A stretch of 64,000 nt of DNA from Vitrella brassicaformis CCMP3155. Its lineage: Eukaryota; Protista; Chromerida. Under the pieces are notes generated by a model that saw only the letters and a program-made list of their open reading frames with translations, searched no databases and was not told where the DNA came from. The stretch is from NCBI GenBank assembly GCA_001179505.1, contig CDMY01000562.1, forward strand, positions 269,362 to 333,361, written 5' to 3'. Below are positions 1-11,357 of the stretch, piece after piece (the stretch's first letter is position 1; every line of letters begins with the position of its first letter). The translations under genes were made by a program, and so were the position numbers.

Positions 1-1604
1 GTTCGCCGTCCCCAGAGTGGATGGAGGGTGCTGATGCTGACCTTGTCACCGTGCAGGCACAAGCTGCAGGCACGCAGGTGAGTGCGTATGTGCGCGAGAC
101 ATCGGTGATTGATTTTGCTAACACGTCTGAGACTCCTTGGGGCTTTCAGACTCTTTGCAATCATGGAACAGAGTGTCTGCACGCACACAGCCAGAGGGTT
201 GCCAGCCAGCGCTGCGTCCCCCCCCCCCTCTGTGTGCTTACCTTCTTTTTTCTCCTTCGGTGTCTCGCGATGTGTCACACCACCAGGCGCACTGGTGCAT
301 CCAACCGGGGACAGAGTGGCCACGGCATCCTTCCCCCGGGCACACAGCTCCCGCACGACGACTATCGGCAGCTTCTGAGCCGCCAAGTCTTCCGGAACGG
401 CAGCGGCGAGGGTTCGCACATTTCTGACGCAGAGCGCCCGGAGCGCCCGGGTGAAGACCGTCCGCTCCTTTTGAGTGACCCCCAGCTCATCGAATATGGG
501 CACGCAGAAGTCCTCCAGGCTTTGTTCAGCCATTTTCTTCAGAGACTGGGGGCCTTGGGGGCGCCTTTGCGATCTCGACGCGTCGAGCTGTCTTAAGAAT
601 CCATGGGACCAGCAGCGGAATCAAGGGAAGTGCATGCATGAGATGGTGACACGACAGGCAGGGCGTCGCGAGTCGCCTCACCAGCCCCACCGCAGGCCTC
701 CCCGCCCCTCACCCTACCCTCAGCCTCAATCGCACCCCAGGCTGCGGCACGAGCGAAGCCCACCACGGCAGATTGGACCACATCCGGCTGCTGCGGGCAG
801 GGACACCACCAGGGAGATCGGCAGGGACACTGCTGCTGCGGGAAGGGGCGGAGGGATCATCCCCATCAGCAGCATCGACATGCGGATAGCGATGGATAGG
901 GCGAGGTATCAAGACGCGGCAGAGCTACTCACGCCCATAAAGATGGTAGCAAAGACTGAGTGAATGCTGACATGCTTGTCTCTGCCCCTTGCTCCGTCGC
1001 CTGCTGTTTGTTTGTCGGATGAAGACCGCTCATCGTCGTGAGCAGATGCAGCAGCATCTGGGGGAGGGAGGAGGGATGGCCATGAGGACAACAGACGACA
1101 GGGAAAGGGACGCGGGGCCACCGGTGATCCTGCTGCAGCCGGCTGCGCCGGATATCAACCTGGACGAGATGGTCTTCATCGGGACACTATTTAAGAAGAG
1201 TGAATGAGCAGAGGCTAGCCAGACACACACGATGAGACCGACATCCCCCCTCTCTCTCTGTGTCTGTCTGTCTGTCTGTCTGTCTGTCCGTTAATGTGTG
1301 CATGTAGGTCGTTCTTACCGCATGAAGAAGATGCTTCACCCGCACAGTCTGAGCATCTTGGTCGTCAGTGAGATACCTCTCGTGTCCAGGGAACTGAGGT
1401 CAAGCACACATGGCTGATGTGGTCGATCTCGATGGATCAATGAATCATCTCGTTCAGGGCGAGCCTTTCTCGTTGGGTGAGCAAGTGGCAGCACCTGCAG
1501 AGGCTCTCGCCCGCGTTCATCGGTCAGGTGAAAACACTGGCTGACTGCACAAACGCCATACTGTCAATCAAGTGCCTGCACGCCTCCTCAATCATTGGTC
1601 CTTG

Positions 1605-1635
<31 letters not shown>

Positions 1636-4585
1636 GTACCTTCATTGATCTGTCCGTCATCCAGCTGTGCATGGCATGGCGGTGAATCAGCCCGAGGCGC
1701 ATGCGTCGGTCGTCACAGAGTACATGGAAGCCGGGTCTCTTGACGCGCTCAACCAGGTCGTCGGAGGTATGCTCACGCATGACCCGTGGAGGGATTGAAG
1801 GCACACCCTCTGTCTCTTTCTTTATCTCTGCTGTTGCATTGTCACAGGCCTTCCCGAGCTCTGCTTGCGCGAGCTGTGTCTGCCGCTGCTCACTGTACGC
1901 TAAGGGAAGAAGCAAAGAGTATTGCTCTGTGATTCTCGGTGTGTAGGCTCTGGACGTGCTTCATCGTGAGTGCCGTTCTCTGCACGGTGGCCTGACAACG
2001 TCCCAGGTGCTGTTCGACCACAAGGCGAACAGCAAGCTTTCGCTGGGGCTCTCAACACGAGTTGCACTGCAAACAGAGTGTAAGTCGGTGGGTTGGGTGC
2101 AGGGACACGCCGGACCAGACCCACTGTATGTGTGTCTCTTCGTCGCTTTGTGTCTCTATCTATGATGTGCACAGCGCGTGACACGGCGCAGGTGAGTGCC
2201 GCTTCGCCTGCGGAGGGAGCCGGGGCCGTGGGCGATGCGCGCAGAAGGCACAGATACTCAAAGGGACCCACCGTCCGAAACATCGCTGTGAGCATGCCTC
2301 GGATGAAATGAATGAGCGCTGATCATTCACGTCTTTGACTGCCTTGTGCAGGAGGCTGAGTCAGAAGGCGAGAAGTCGCATCGACAGGCGGGACCTCCAA
2401 ACTCACTCCACTCGGGTGGTCCGAATGCCGACGACCCAGGTGCAGCAGACAGGTCAGCACAGCAACAAGGACGAGACAGAATCATCCTCTTCATTCAATG
2501 CGCGATGGATCATGTCAGCTCGCTCCAACAGCAGCTGTCCATGTCTCATTCCCCGTCCGCGCCAGCCCTCCCCATGCCCAGCGAGATGCAGACGCTCCGC
2601 CTGTCCAACCTGACCCAGACACCCCCAATGGGCCGCCTTCATGAAGTCGACATCTTCGACCTGGGTCTGCTGCTGCTGGCAACGGCTGTGGGAGGGTATG
2701 ACGTGTTGCTACACCACGTGTCGAAGGTCCTGCCTCTCAAGGCGCAGATTGAGGCTGAGAGAAAGAGCAGGAAGGGGGGAAGAAGCCTCAGGGTGGAGGC
2801 GCGCAGACAGAGCAAGGGGGGACACCCTCCCGCGTAAGTGGGCGGCCGAGAAAGAAAGAAATGAACAATCGTCTTCAAGCTTCTTACCGACTGATTTGCA
2901 GGCCTCCCCGCCGGCCGCAAAACAAGCGGCCTGGCGAGCTGTCGCCTCAGTCGGATCCCCAGCCCTCCACAATGGGTACTGATGTGTCTGGCAAGCGGCG
3001 GTCGTACACCTATGGCGAGTACGGGGTGCAGTACTATGTGGCCATCGAGGCGCAAGACGAGGAGGTAAAAAATGCTGCCTGGCCGGCCGGCTGGCGGGTG
3101 GGCGGGCGGGACGAGATAAGACGGATGTCGATGGGTGTTTGTGTTCAGAGGCAGGAGGCGGGTGAGGAGGAGTCAATCGACGATGAGTCGGGTAAGCGGA
3201 GAGAGAAGGAGAAAGAACGAAAGTAGGATAGATCTTCTTCTTCTGAATGTTTTCGCTTTGATGCAGAGGATGAGTATGAGATAGCTCAGAGGAAGGGCCG
3301 ACTGCAGATCTTCGACGAGAAGTACACACAAGGATGGCCACACATGCCTCATTATGTCTCTGCCCGTCATATCTCTGTCAACAGAGACGGTCTGGACGAG
3401 AAGGCCTCGACGATGGGCATCCTGCTGGAGGAAGCATTTGCCGAGCAGCCGCCACCCCCTCCCCTGCCTCCGCCCCTCCCGTCGACCCCCCTACCCTTCA
3501 CACCATCGCACCAGGGAAGCGTCGTGGGATTCACCAGCCTCCTGAGCGATCCCAGGATGTCACGGGATGACAACAGGTGCATAATACACTGCATATGAGT
3601 GTGACAATTGCTGAGAAGTGCATGTGTCTCTTGATTGTATCGCTAGTGAGGCGCCGCTGCCCACCTCGCCCCCATTGGTGTCCACATCTGAGATGATCGA
3701 CAGCACGCCTTTTCCCCCACCGACGTGCCCGTTTCCTGTCGGGGCGCCCTCGGATGGGGGAGGCCGACATGTCGCTGTACCGCACATAGACACGAGGCCG
3801 CCTGCTGCCCTGCCAGTGACCAGGAAAGGGCCGGTGCAGCTGCATCCAGGCATTCCCCCGATCAAGGTCAGTCGAGGCTTGTGAGACATGGAGAGACTGC
3901 GAACGCATTGGCGCTGTCTGTATTTCCCATGCGCAGGATTTGCTGTTCAATCGGAGCTGCAGTGCAGGATTTGTAGACTTCCTGTCTCTGTGCTTATGCC
4001 ACGACTCTGCGCTGCGACCGACGGCGGCTGAGCTGCTGCAGCACGAATGGATGAATGCCCCTCCCGAGGAGACACGTGGGCCGCGGGTAGGGCTGCTGGC
4101 GGGGGGCGGCTTGTTGATCCATGCTCCATTGGTTGTGTGTCTGCGTATTTTATGGGTGCAGCTATGTCTCTCCGAGTTGCTGGCCGTCAAGACTCAGCTC
4201 AGCACAACACCTTCACGCGGACTCAGGTGGGTCGAAGACGCAAAGAGGTCGTCGCGGTCATAAACATGCCTCTCTCAATTCCCTCTTGTCTGCAGTCGGG
4301 TGATTCCCAACTCCACTGAGGTCTATCTGAATTGTCTGTCCCAGTGGCTCGCGCCCTTTTGGAACAAGCCACAGGTGCACACGACCAAGAGAGACGATTC
4401 CGCGAGAAGGAAGGAGATCCTGGTCTACGACACAGCCATCACACTGGGGATGCCGCAGCAGGTGCATTTGTCTCAGTAGTCATGTTGGTTGGCACTCCTG
4501 CATATTCATCGTGTGCGGCTTTCAGGATGTGCGTGAAATGCTGGAGGCGAAGATTCGGGAGCATCTGACGGGCGCGGGGAGGTGA
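1..4585 (+). CDS. MAP2K/STE7-like protein kinase-fold protein, probable pseudokinase; multi-exon, probably 5'-partial
   Basis: Spliced exons give kinase subdomains in order: INLDEMVFIGTLFKK (I), LHPHSLSILVVSEIPL (II), VTEYMEAGSLDAL (V), ALDVLHRECRSLHGGLTTSQVLFDHKANSKLSLG (VIa-VII), DIFDLGLLLLA (IX) and FLSLCLCHDSALRPTAAELLQHEWM (XI). The final exon DVREMLEAKIREHLTGAGR ends at TGA 4583-4585. Boundaries of the 5' exons and the insert exons are uncertain. Confidence 0.75.
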
Positions 4586-5059
4586 CCGCGGGGGCCAAGT
4601 GAGGGTGAATCCATCGATTACGCAGGAAGGCTTTTTATGATTCCAGTCCTGATCTCAGTGTGGCTTGTAGATAAGAGGGCTGGACTGACGTGAGGTACGT
4701 GAGAGAGAGGTGTGTAGACTCGTCGGTCTGCAGCCTGGGGACAGCTGGTGTAGCCATTGTCAAGAACTGTCCGCACGACAATGCATTTCTACGGCCACCT
4801 TCTTTGCAGCACCAGCAGCACCAGCAGCAGCACCGTCGATGCCCCCCTGAGCCCTATCCGTTGTCTGATGGGGCTGTGTGTGTGTCTATCTGCCATGTCT
4901 GTCTATCTCACCCTCCTGCCCTCCATCGGGGCTGGCATCGTCAGTGTCTGCGGTGGACTGACGGGGCCCTCGCTGTGCAGCCCGCTGTGAGTCGACAGCA
5001 GCAGGCCTCTCAATCACCGGAGGCTGCTGAATGGAGACAGCTGCCTCGCCTGCATTGAA

Positions 5060-6658
5060 TCAGAAATACAGGGGGCTTTGGCTTTCGGCGTTGATCGACC
5101 AATGAGACATGTGCGTCCATCCATGCCGATATGTACCTGATGGGGGGAGCGTCCTGAAGGATGGAGTGTATATTGAGCTGAGGGGCTGGTGCTCACAAGT
5201 GTGATCGACACCTGGCAGCATCTCACCACTCTTGCCTTGATCCTCCCCGTGCACCACTTCCACATGCAGATTGCTGAACGAGAATATCTGACAATACCCG
5301 CGAGACGCCTCTGCTGTGTTGGGGTGGGACTGATCCCCTGCCGCTGGCCCTCCCTCCTCCCTCAGCGGTATTGCGGAGCTCGGGCTATGGACCGTCGCTG
5401 CCTCCCCTTCGTCATTGGTTGGCGAGGCTACTTGTTCTTCCACAATAGAAGCCATTCTCGCGGGACGATCACTTGCTCTGGGGTAATGTCTCCTCGCAAT
5501 GGGTGGACGGGGAAGGCATTCACGAGACAAAGGCCCATTGCGTCTTGCAGGGAAGGCTGCTACAGCCCCAGGGCTATACAATTGATAGGCGTGTGTCAGG
5601 GAGACGGGCGGTTGAGCAACAAAAGAACCACCAACACTACCCATTGGCATTGGCAGATAGCTCATCGGCTGATAAGGAAGAGGAGGCCGAGGGTACAGGC
5701 AGGCTGGTGGGGCGTAGGACGCCGTCACGCGAAAGGGGACAACGAATGGACCGGGCCGAAACATCGTGGGTCGAGAAGGCGGAAGGAAAGTCGAGACAGG
5801 CGCTGGCAGGTGAGGGATTCCCTCTGGGGGCATCGAAACGGGGCGAGAAGAAACATACTGTCGCGCGACCGGCGGCTGATCCCGAGCCTCCACACACCGC
5901 ACCTGCTTCAGGGGTGCCGTATCCTCTCTTGTGGCGCCTTTCGCCATGACTCTACGCGCCCTTCCGTCTGCCCGCCCGCCAACCACACCCAGAGTCGGCC
6001 ACAAGTCAATCCGCCTGTGCGTGACATCAAGCGGCCCGAGCATCCTCTGCCGGAGAGGGGCAAGGGCCGCCCGCCTTGCGCCGATGTCATGGGACACCTG
6101 ACGCCTCTTACCGGGCGTGTAGAAGCGTAGAGGCTCGAGTGAGGCAGGGGGCGGCGCCATAGTGACGGGGGGCCGTACAGGAGACTCGGCAGGCTTCCTC
6201 CTCCCCCTTTGTGGTGTCGCATAGTGCCAGGGCTCTCGGACAGGCAGAAGCTTCGGTGGAAGCGAAGAGCCCCTCTCAACTGTTGGGTGCTGGTTGCTTC
6301 TGCGGCTGGACGGCCGCAACTTCCTGTTGTTTCTCTCTGGTGTCAACGCCCGCTTTATTGCCCCTGTGACCGACGATGCCAGCCACTCAAGCGGGGATTG
6401 CTGAGTACCGCAATCCACCTTTGGTTCGCGACTTCTCGGCCGAAGGGCGTCGTCGAGGCAGTGGTATGGCAGAGCCGCTTTGTACGGCCGGGGGACGGAT
6501 GAAGTGCCGCCTGAAGGAGGAGGAAGAGTCCCTGGGGGACGCCGCTTGTGCGTATGTGTCGAGTCACGAAGTGCTTCAGAATCTGCGGGCGAGTGCATCT
6601 CGCTGTCAGCCTCAGGATTCAGGGCGGGTTTCGAAGCTGGGCATGATGCACCTGCCAA
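5060..6658 (-). CDS. Hypothetical Pro/Arg/Ser-rich low-complexity protein; probably a large exon of a gene extending toward the 7013 gap
   Basis: 532-codon open frame with no recognisable domain. The track start is a TTG that coincides with a likely splice acceptor (cag|gtgcatc), so the true ends are unknown. Confidence 0.4.
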   Translation of the reverse strand: MAGASCPASKPALNPEADSEMHSPADSEALRDSTHTHKRRPPGTLPPPSGGTSSVPRPYKAALPYHCLDDALRPRSREPKVDCGTQQSPLEWLASSVTGAIKRALTPERNNRKLRPSSRRSNQHPTVERGSSLPPKLLPVREPWHYATPQRGRRKPAESPVRPPVTMAPPPASLEPLRFYTPGKRRQVSHDIGARRAALAPLRQRMLGPLDVTHRRIDLWPTLGVVGGRADGRARRVMAKGATREDTAPLKQVRCVEARDQPPVARQYVSSRPVSMPPEGIPHLPAPVSTFLPPSRPTMFRPGPFVVPFRVTASYAPPACLYPRPPLPYQPMSYLPMPMGSVGGSFVAQPPVSLTHAYQLYSPGAVAAFPARRNGPLSRECLPRPPIARRHYPRASDRPARMASIVEEQVASPTNDEGEAATVHSPSSAIPLREEGGPAAGDQSHPNTAEASRGYCQIFSFSNLHVEVVHGEDQGKSGEMLPGVDHTCEHQPLSSIYTPSFRTLPPSGTYRHGWTHMSHWSINAESQSPLYF

Positions 6659-7012
6659 AGCACACGTGTCTCGAGTTGCGTCTCATGCCTCGGCGTCTCA
6701 CGTACCGGGCGTGAATGGGGAAGGCGTTGTGACGGGTTGCGAGGGGAGAGGGGTCAGCGCATCAACCTCTGGCACACGCTGCAACACAAGAAAGACAACG
6801 AAGCAAATTGCAACGAAGATACAGGGAGTCCGACATCATGATGGTGGTGTGAGTCGTTTCGAGCACCTGAATAGGCACGATACCCACAGGGGGAGGGGCA
6901 CTGCTCGTCTCAAAGCCCCGACTATGCTGTCCTGCACTGCTCGCATCATCAAAATGCCCCACCGTCCTGAATGCGAGCTACGCACAACCGACCCATGCGC
7001 CCCCCCCCCCCC

Positions 7013-7312
7013 NNNNNNNNNNNNNNNNNNNNNNNNNNNNNNNNNNNNNNNNNNNNNNNNNNNNNNNNNNNNNNNNNNNNNNNNNNNNNNNNNNNNNNNN
7101 NNNNNNNNNNNNNNNNNNNNNNNNNNNNNNNNNNNNNNNNNNNNNNNNNNNNNNNNNNNNNNNNNNNNNNNNNNNNNNNNNNNNNNNNNNNNNNNNNNNN
7201 NNNNNNNNNNNNNNNNNNNNNNNNNNNNNNNNNNNNNNNNNNNNNNNNNNNNNNNNNNNNNNNNNNNNNNNNNNNNNNNNNNNNNNNNNNNNNNNNNNNN
7301 NNNNNNNNNNNN
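7013..7312. other. Assembly gap (300 N) between poly-C tracts
   Basis: Exactly 300 N flanked by C homopolymer on both sides. Confidence 0.98.
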
Positions 7313-7565
7313 CCCCCCCCCCCCCTCTCTTCTTCGTTCATCCCCTTTGTTTGGTACAATGAGTGATTCTGAACCTTTCGTCAAGCCATCCATCCATCCA
7401 TCCATTCATTCGGTTCGACGTCCCGAGCGCTGAGCCCCCGTCTCAACGCACAAGAGTCACAACAGGCAAGCGGACAGACAGACTGACAGTCGCAGCAGGC
7501 GTGACTGGACGGCTTCCTCTTTGCTGTGTGTGTCCCTTGGTCTGTCTTTTGTCTGTCTGTCTGGG

Positions 7566-8639
7566 ATGAGTGCAGAGATGATTGGCCGTTCTGCCTGTCT
7601 CGCCCTGTGTGTGGCCGTCGGTGCCCTCGCCCTGTGTGTGACGGCCACCAGTACGCGTCGCCAGCACATCGACACAGCTTTGCACCAGCACGGTGAGAAA
7701 TCGCAGCTTTCACGACGGCACCCATGCGTGAATCAGTCAGCATTGCAATGTGTAGTTACCTCTGCTCGGCTATCGGCACTTCTGAAGCGACACGCCGGTA
7801 ACTAAGTGACTGGACAGACCGGAGCCTCGCACACACATACACACAGTCCCCCCATCCAGCTGCACACATTGTCCCCTCCCCCTTCCTCCGTCCCTTTTGT
7901 CAAATCCACCCCCGAAGGCGATGGTCTCCCACGCCCCGGCCCAGCCCCCTGCCCACCTGGGAGACACCGGTATGCCTGTACGTTCACTGCCCAGCCGAAT
8001 ACCTGCATCTTGTATGTGTGTATGTGTGCATGTAGGCCGCATGACGACGTGTGTCACGTGTGAGGGCCTCCCAAGGGCTGAGTGCAAGTATCAGAAGTGC
8101 ACGACTAAGGACGGCTTCCGCGGCGGGTGTGTGTGGACCGGATCCAAGGGGTGCACGTGTTTGACGGAGAAGCAGGCCCGTATGGACAAAGGTACAGACA
8201 GACAGGCAGACAGACAGGCAGATGACGTACGTCAAATTGTCATGTTTTCTGTCTGTCTGTCTGTCTGTCTGCCTGCGTGGCTGTCTGTCTGGGTACGTAT
8301 CCCCGTGGCTTCAGGCCAGTGTTTGGACGACGACGAGTGCACGAATAAGGGCCAGTTCTGCTACCACCACGTGCACAACCAAGAGTTCCTCCACACGCAA
8401 ACAATCGGGAAAGGCAAGGCAAGCGATAGATAGAGGTCAAGAAACCCCCTCTCTCTGATTGCTTGACTGCACGGTTGCAGGCGGCGGGCGGCCATTGGGA
8501 CGCCGGGTGCGGCAAGAAATTTGCCTGGTCGAAGGAGCACCCCTGCGACACCGGCCTCAAGTGCAAGAGAAAGACCTCGACCGTATGGGCGGTCGTCCCT
8601 ATCGTGGAAATGGTTCACGTCTGCCTCAAGCCTGAGTAG
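7566..8639 (+). CDS. Small secreted cysteine-rich protein A
   Basis: Signal-peptide-like N-terminus MIGRSACLALCVAVGALALCVTA. Cys-rich exon 8036-8191 (CVTCEGLPRAECKYQKC...CVWTGSKGCTC), then exons QCLDDDECTNKGQFCYHH... and AAGGHWDAGCGKK...CDTGLKC...VCLKPE-stop (TAG 8637-8639). An extra internal exon near 7910-7970 is possible. Confidence 0.65.
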
Positions 8640-8711
8640 TTAGCAAGCTCGCCAGCCGAAGGGCCAAACACCACACCACACAATTAGCCGGCACACTGTT
8701 AGCATAATCAT
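8166..8711 (+). repeat. Segmental direct repeat, copy 1 (two introns, two exons and the 3' flank)
   Basis: Aligns by eye with 10010-10520, including intron sequence and a ~75-bp near-identical post-stop tract (gcaagctcgccagccgaagggccaaacacc...ttagcataatcat). Confidence 0.9.
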
Positions 8712-8788
8712 CGGGGGCTGTCAAAGTTGGAAATCCACAAATCCAAAATCCTGACCTATCCTTCCCAGAGTTTTGATACATCTGCGCA

Positions 8789-10448
8789 ATGACGACGTTC
8801 AAGGCTCTTATAGCGTTCGCCGTATGCTTCCTGGTGATCTCGACCACCGCCGCGGCCATCGGTAAGCATGGGCTATGCAGCCAGCACAGAGGGATTCAGG
8901 CAGCGTCAAGGTTGATTGCATGGGCCCCCACCGCCAGCCACGATGTGCCTGGGCTGCCGACACGTGCGCGGCCTGCTGCGCTGCCTGCTGTGTTGTCTTT
9001 TCAGAGGAAGACTACGACAGCTGTGAGGATTCGAGCTGCGCCACGGATGGCGGGTTTGGATCCATCTCGGCTGGCAACTCCAGCAGCCACAAAGACTACA
9101 AAAACGGTGAGGAACGGTAAGGGGGCAAGGCTGCATGGCTGGATGCATCGAGAAGGGCAGATCTATCCATCCCCCTGGTTGTATCCATCCATCCATCCAA
9201 ATCCATCCATTCACTCACTAAGGAGGAAGTTACTGTCTTGTCTGCCCCGTGTGTGCAGGTGCGTCGTTTGTCGGCCGCACTCAGGAGCAGATCCAGACCA
9301 TGGCCGCCAATAAGCACGGTGCGGCCGGGAGGGGGCAGGGAGGGGTGGCCGGTGCGCATGGACGTAAAAACACCCAGACTTATCCGTGGAACACTGTGTG
9401 TGTGTGTGTGTGTGTGTGCAGGTGTTGCATTGGGTGTGGGGGAGTTGTCGGTGTTGCAGCAGCAGATTCAGACCGGCAAGGCCATCCTGCAGTCGGCCAC
9501 CAAACTCTACACGGCAGCCGACTCGCTCAAGGCCACCGCCAACGACCTGAGGGCATCAGCAGTGGCGACCATCGATGACATAGCGGACCGCATGGGCGCC
9601 ATCATGGGCATCGAGCCGGGCACCATGGGTACACAATGTGTGATGCACCGGAGGCCTTGCATGCAGCGCATATGTGCGTGTGTACTGTCCATTTTATTTG
9701 GCTTGTGTTGCTTTGTTTGTTGCCCGATGGATGAATCGATGGATGGATGGATGTGTTACGTTGCGTTGCGTTGCGTTGTGTGCAGCCATGGACACCGACC
9801 AGCCTGTGGGCCGGGTGCGCACGCCCATCCATCCCTCCATGCCACACACGACATGTTGTCTTGCCTTCCTGCTTTCCTGGGTCTCCGTGTGTGTTTTCAG
9901 GGTCGAGAGTGGGATCCGTATCAGCCGAATCCCTTAGCGGATGAACCTGATGAAAACTGGCTAGCGGCAAAGATACTGTGTTCAAAGCGGACAAGCGGGA
10001 GAAGCAGGAGGAGAAGCGGGCCCGTATCAATAGAGGTACAGACAGACAGGCAGACAGATGACGTGCGTCAAATTGAGATGTTTCTCTGTCTGTCTGTCTG
10101 GGTCCGTACCCCCGTGGCTTCAGGCCAGTGTAAGGACGACGACGAGTGCACGGAGAAGGGCCAATTCTGTTACAAGCACGTGTACAGCCAGGAGTTCCTC
10201 CACACGCACTCCGTCGGGATATGCAAGGCAAGCGAAAGGTAGAGGTCAAGAAACCCCCTCTCTCTGATTGGTTGACTGCATGGTTGCAGGCGGCGGGCGA
10301 CCATTGGGACCGGTGCAGCATCAAGAAGAAGCACCCCTGCAAGGCCGGCCTCAAGTGCACGGAAACGAAACGGCCTCAACCGTTGGCGGTGCTGGCCCTA
10401 GATGGCTTGTCACCGACCATCCACATCTGCCTCAAGGATGGCGAGTAG
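8789..10448 (+). CDS. Secreted protein B: signal peptide, Ala/Gln-rich helical region and the same C-terminal Cys-rich module as protein A; apparent 1-nt frameshift near 9970
   Basis: Starts MTTFKALIAFAVCFLVISTTAAAI. GT-AG exons are phase-compatible up to exon 9901-10035. C-terminal exons read QCKDDDECTEKGQFCYKH...GICK and AAGDHWDRC...CKAGLKC...ICLKDGE-stop. Confidence 0.6.
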
Positions 10449-10520
10449 TTGGCAAGCTCGCCAGCCGAAGGGCCAAACACCACACCACACAATTAGCCGG
10501 CACACTGTTAGCATAATCAT
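10010..10520 (+). repeat. Segmental direct repeat, copy 2
   Basis: Paralogous to 8166-8711. The first duplicated exon shows third-position synonymous changes (cag/caa, tgc/tgt, caa/cag) in the Cys-rich reading frame. Confidence 0.9.
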
Positions 10521-11357
10521 ACGGATGGGTGACACTACCTATGTGTGTCTCCGCTGCCTGTCTGTCTGTCTGTCTGATGGGTAGATGGATGAAAGTGTTG
10601 GCAATCGATGGTTGATTTAATTCAACACACACAAACACACGGACACGGACACGGACGCCCGGTTTCTGTTTTCTTACATCCATCGGTCGGTGTATGGATT
10701 TCGGACGGTCATGATGGACAGGCCAGCTGTGGTTAACCGACGGCATTCATTCGTCAATGAATTGCACAGACAGCCCAATGTGTATGTGCAGCCGGCCGGC
10801 CGACCTGTTGCTGACCGACACTTGACGCGCAATCCCACCAACACCACGGGGCGTGATGCATGTCTGCACGGCTGTGCGGCCGTTGCACATACCTGGTGCA
10901 CTCATTCTCACAGGAGTTGAACCGACACACATTGATAATTAAGGAAGGTCTCAACACGCAGAACACACATCGATGAAGTCAGTAACTGACTGACTGACCA
11001 AACAGGAAGCAGACAGGCGCTCCCGCCGCCGTCTGCCTGTCTGTCTGTCTGTCTGCATGGCGTAGATATGTACGCCCTAGGCTATGCACCACACACCGAT
11101 GTCTGTCTGTCTGTATGTCTTATTAAACACACCACATACGATAAATCACTCAATGGGTCTTGGTCCGCACGCACACTGCCTGCCTCTCTGCCTCTCTTCC
11201 TCTCTGTCGCTCTCTCTGTCTGCCTACGAAAAAATACACACACCGTTTGCGACGTCCCTCCCATCTGTCCTCTCCTCTCCTCTGTCGGGCCTGCCTGTGC
11301 CTGTCTCTCTCTACACAGACACACGTCGCCTCGCCACCCCGGCCGGCCATCCATCTG

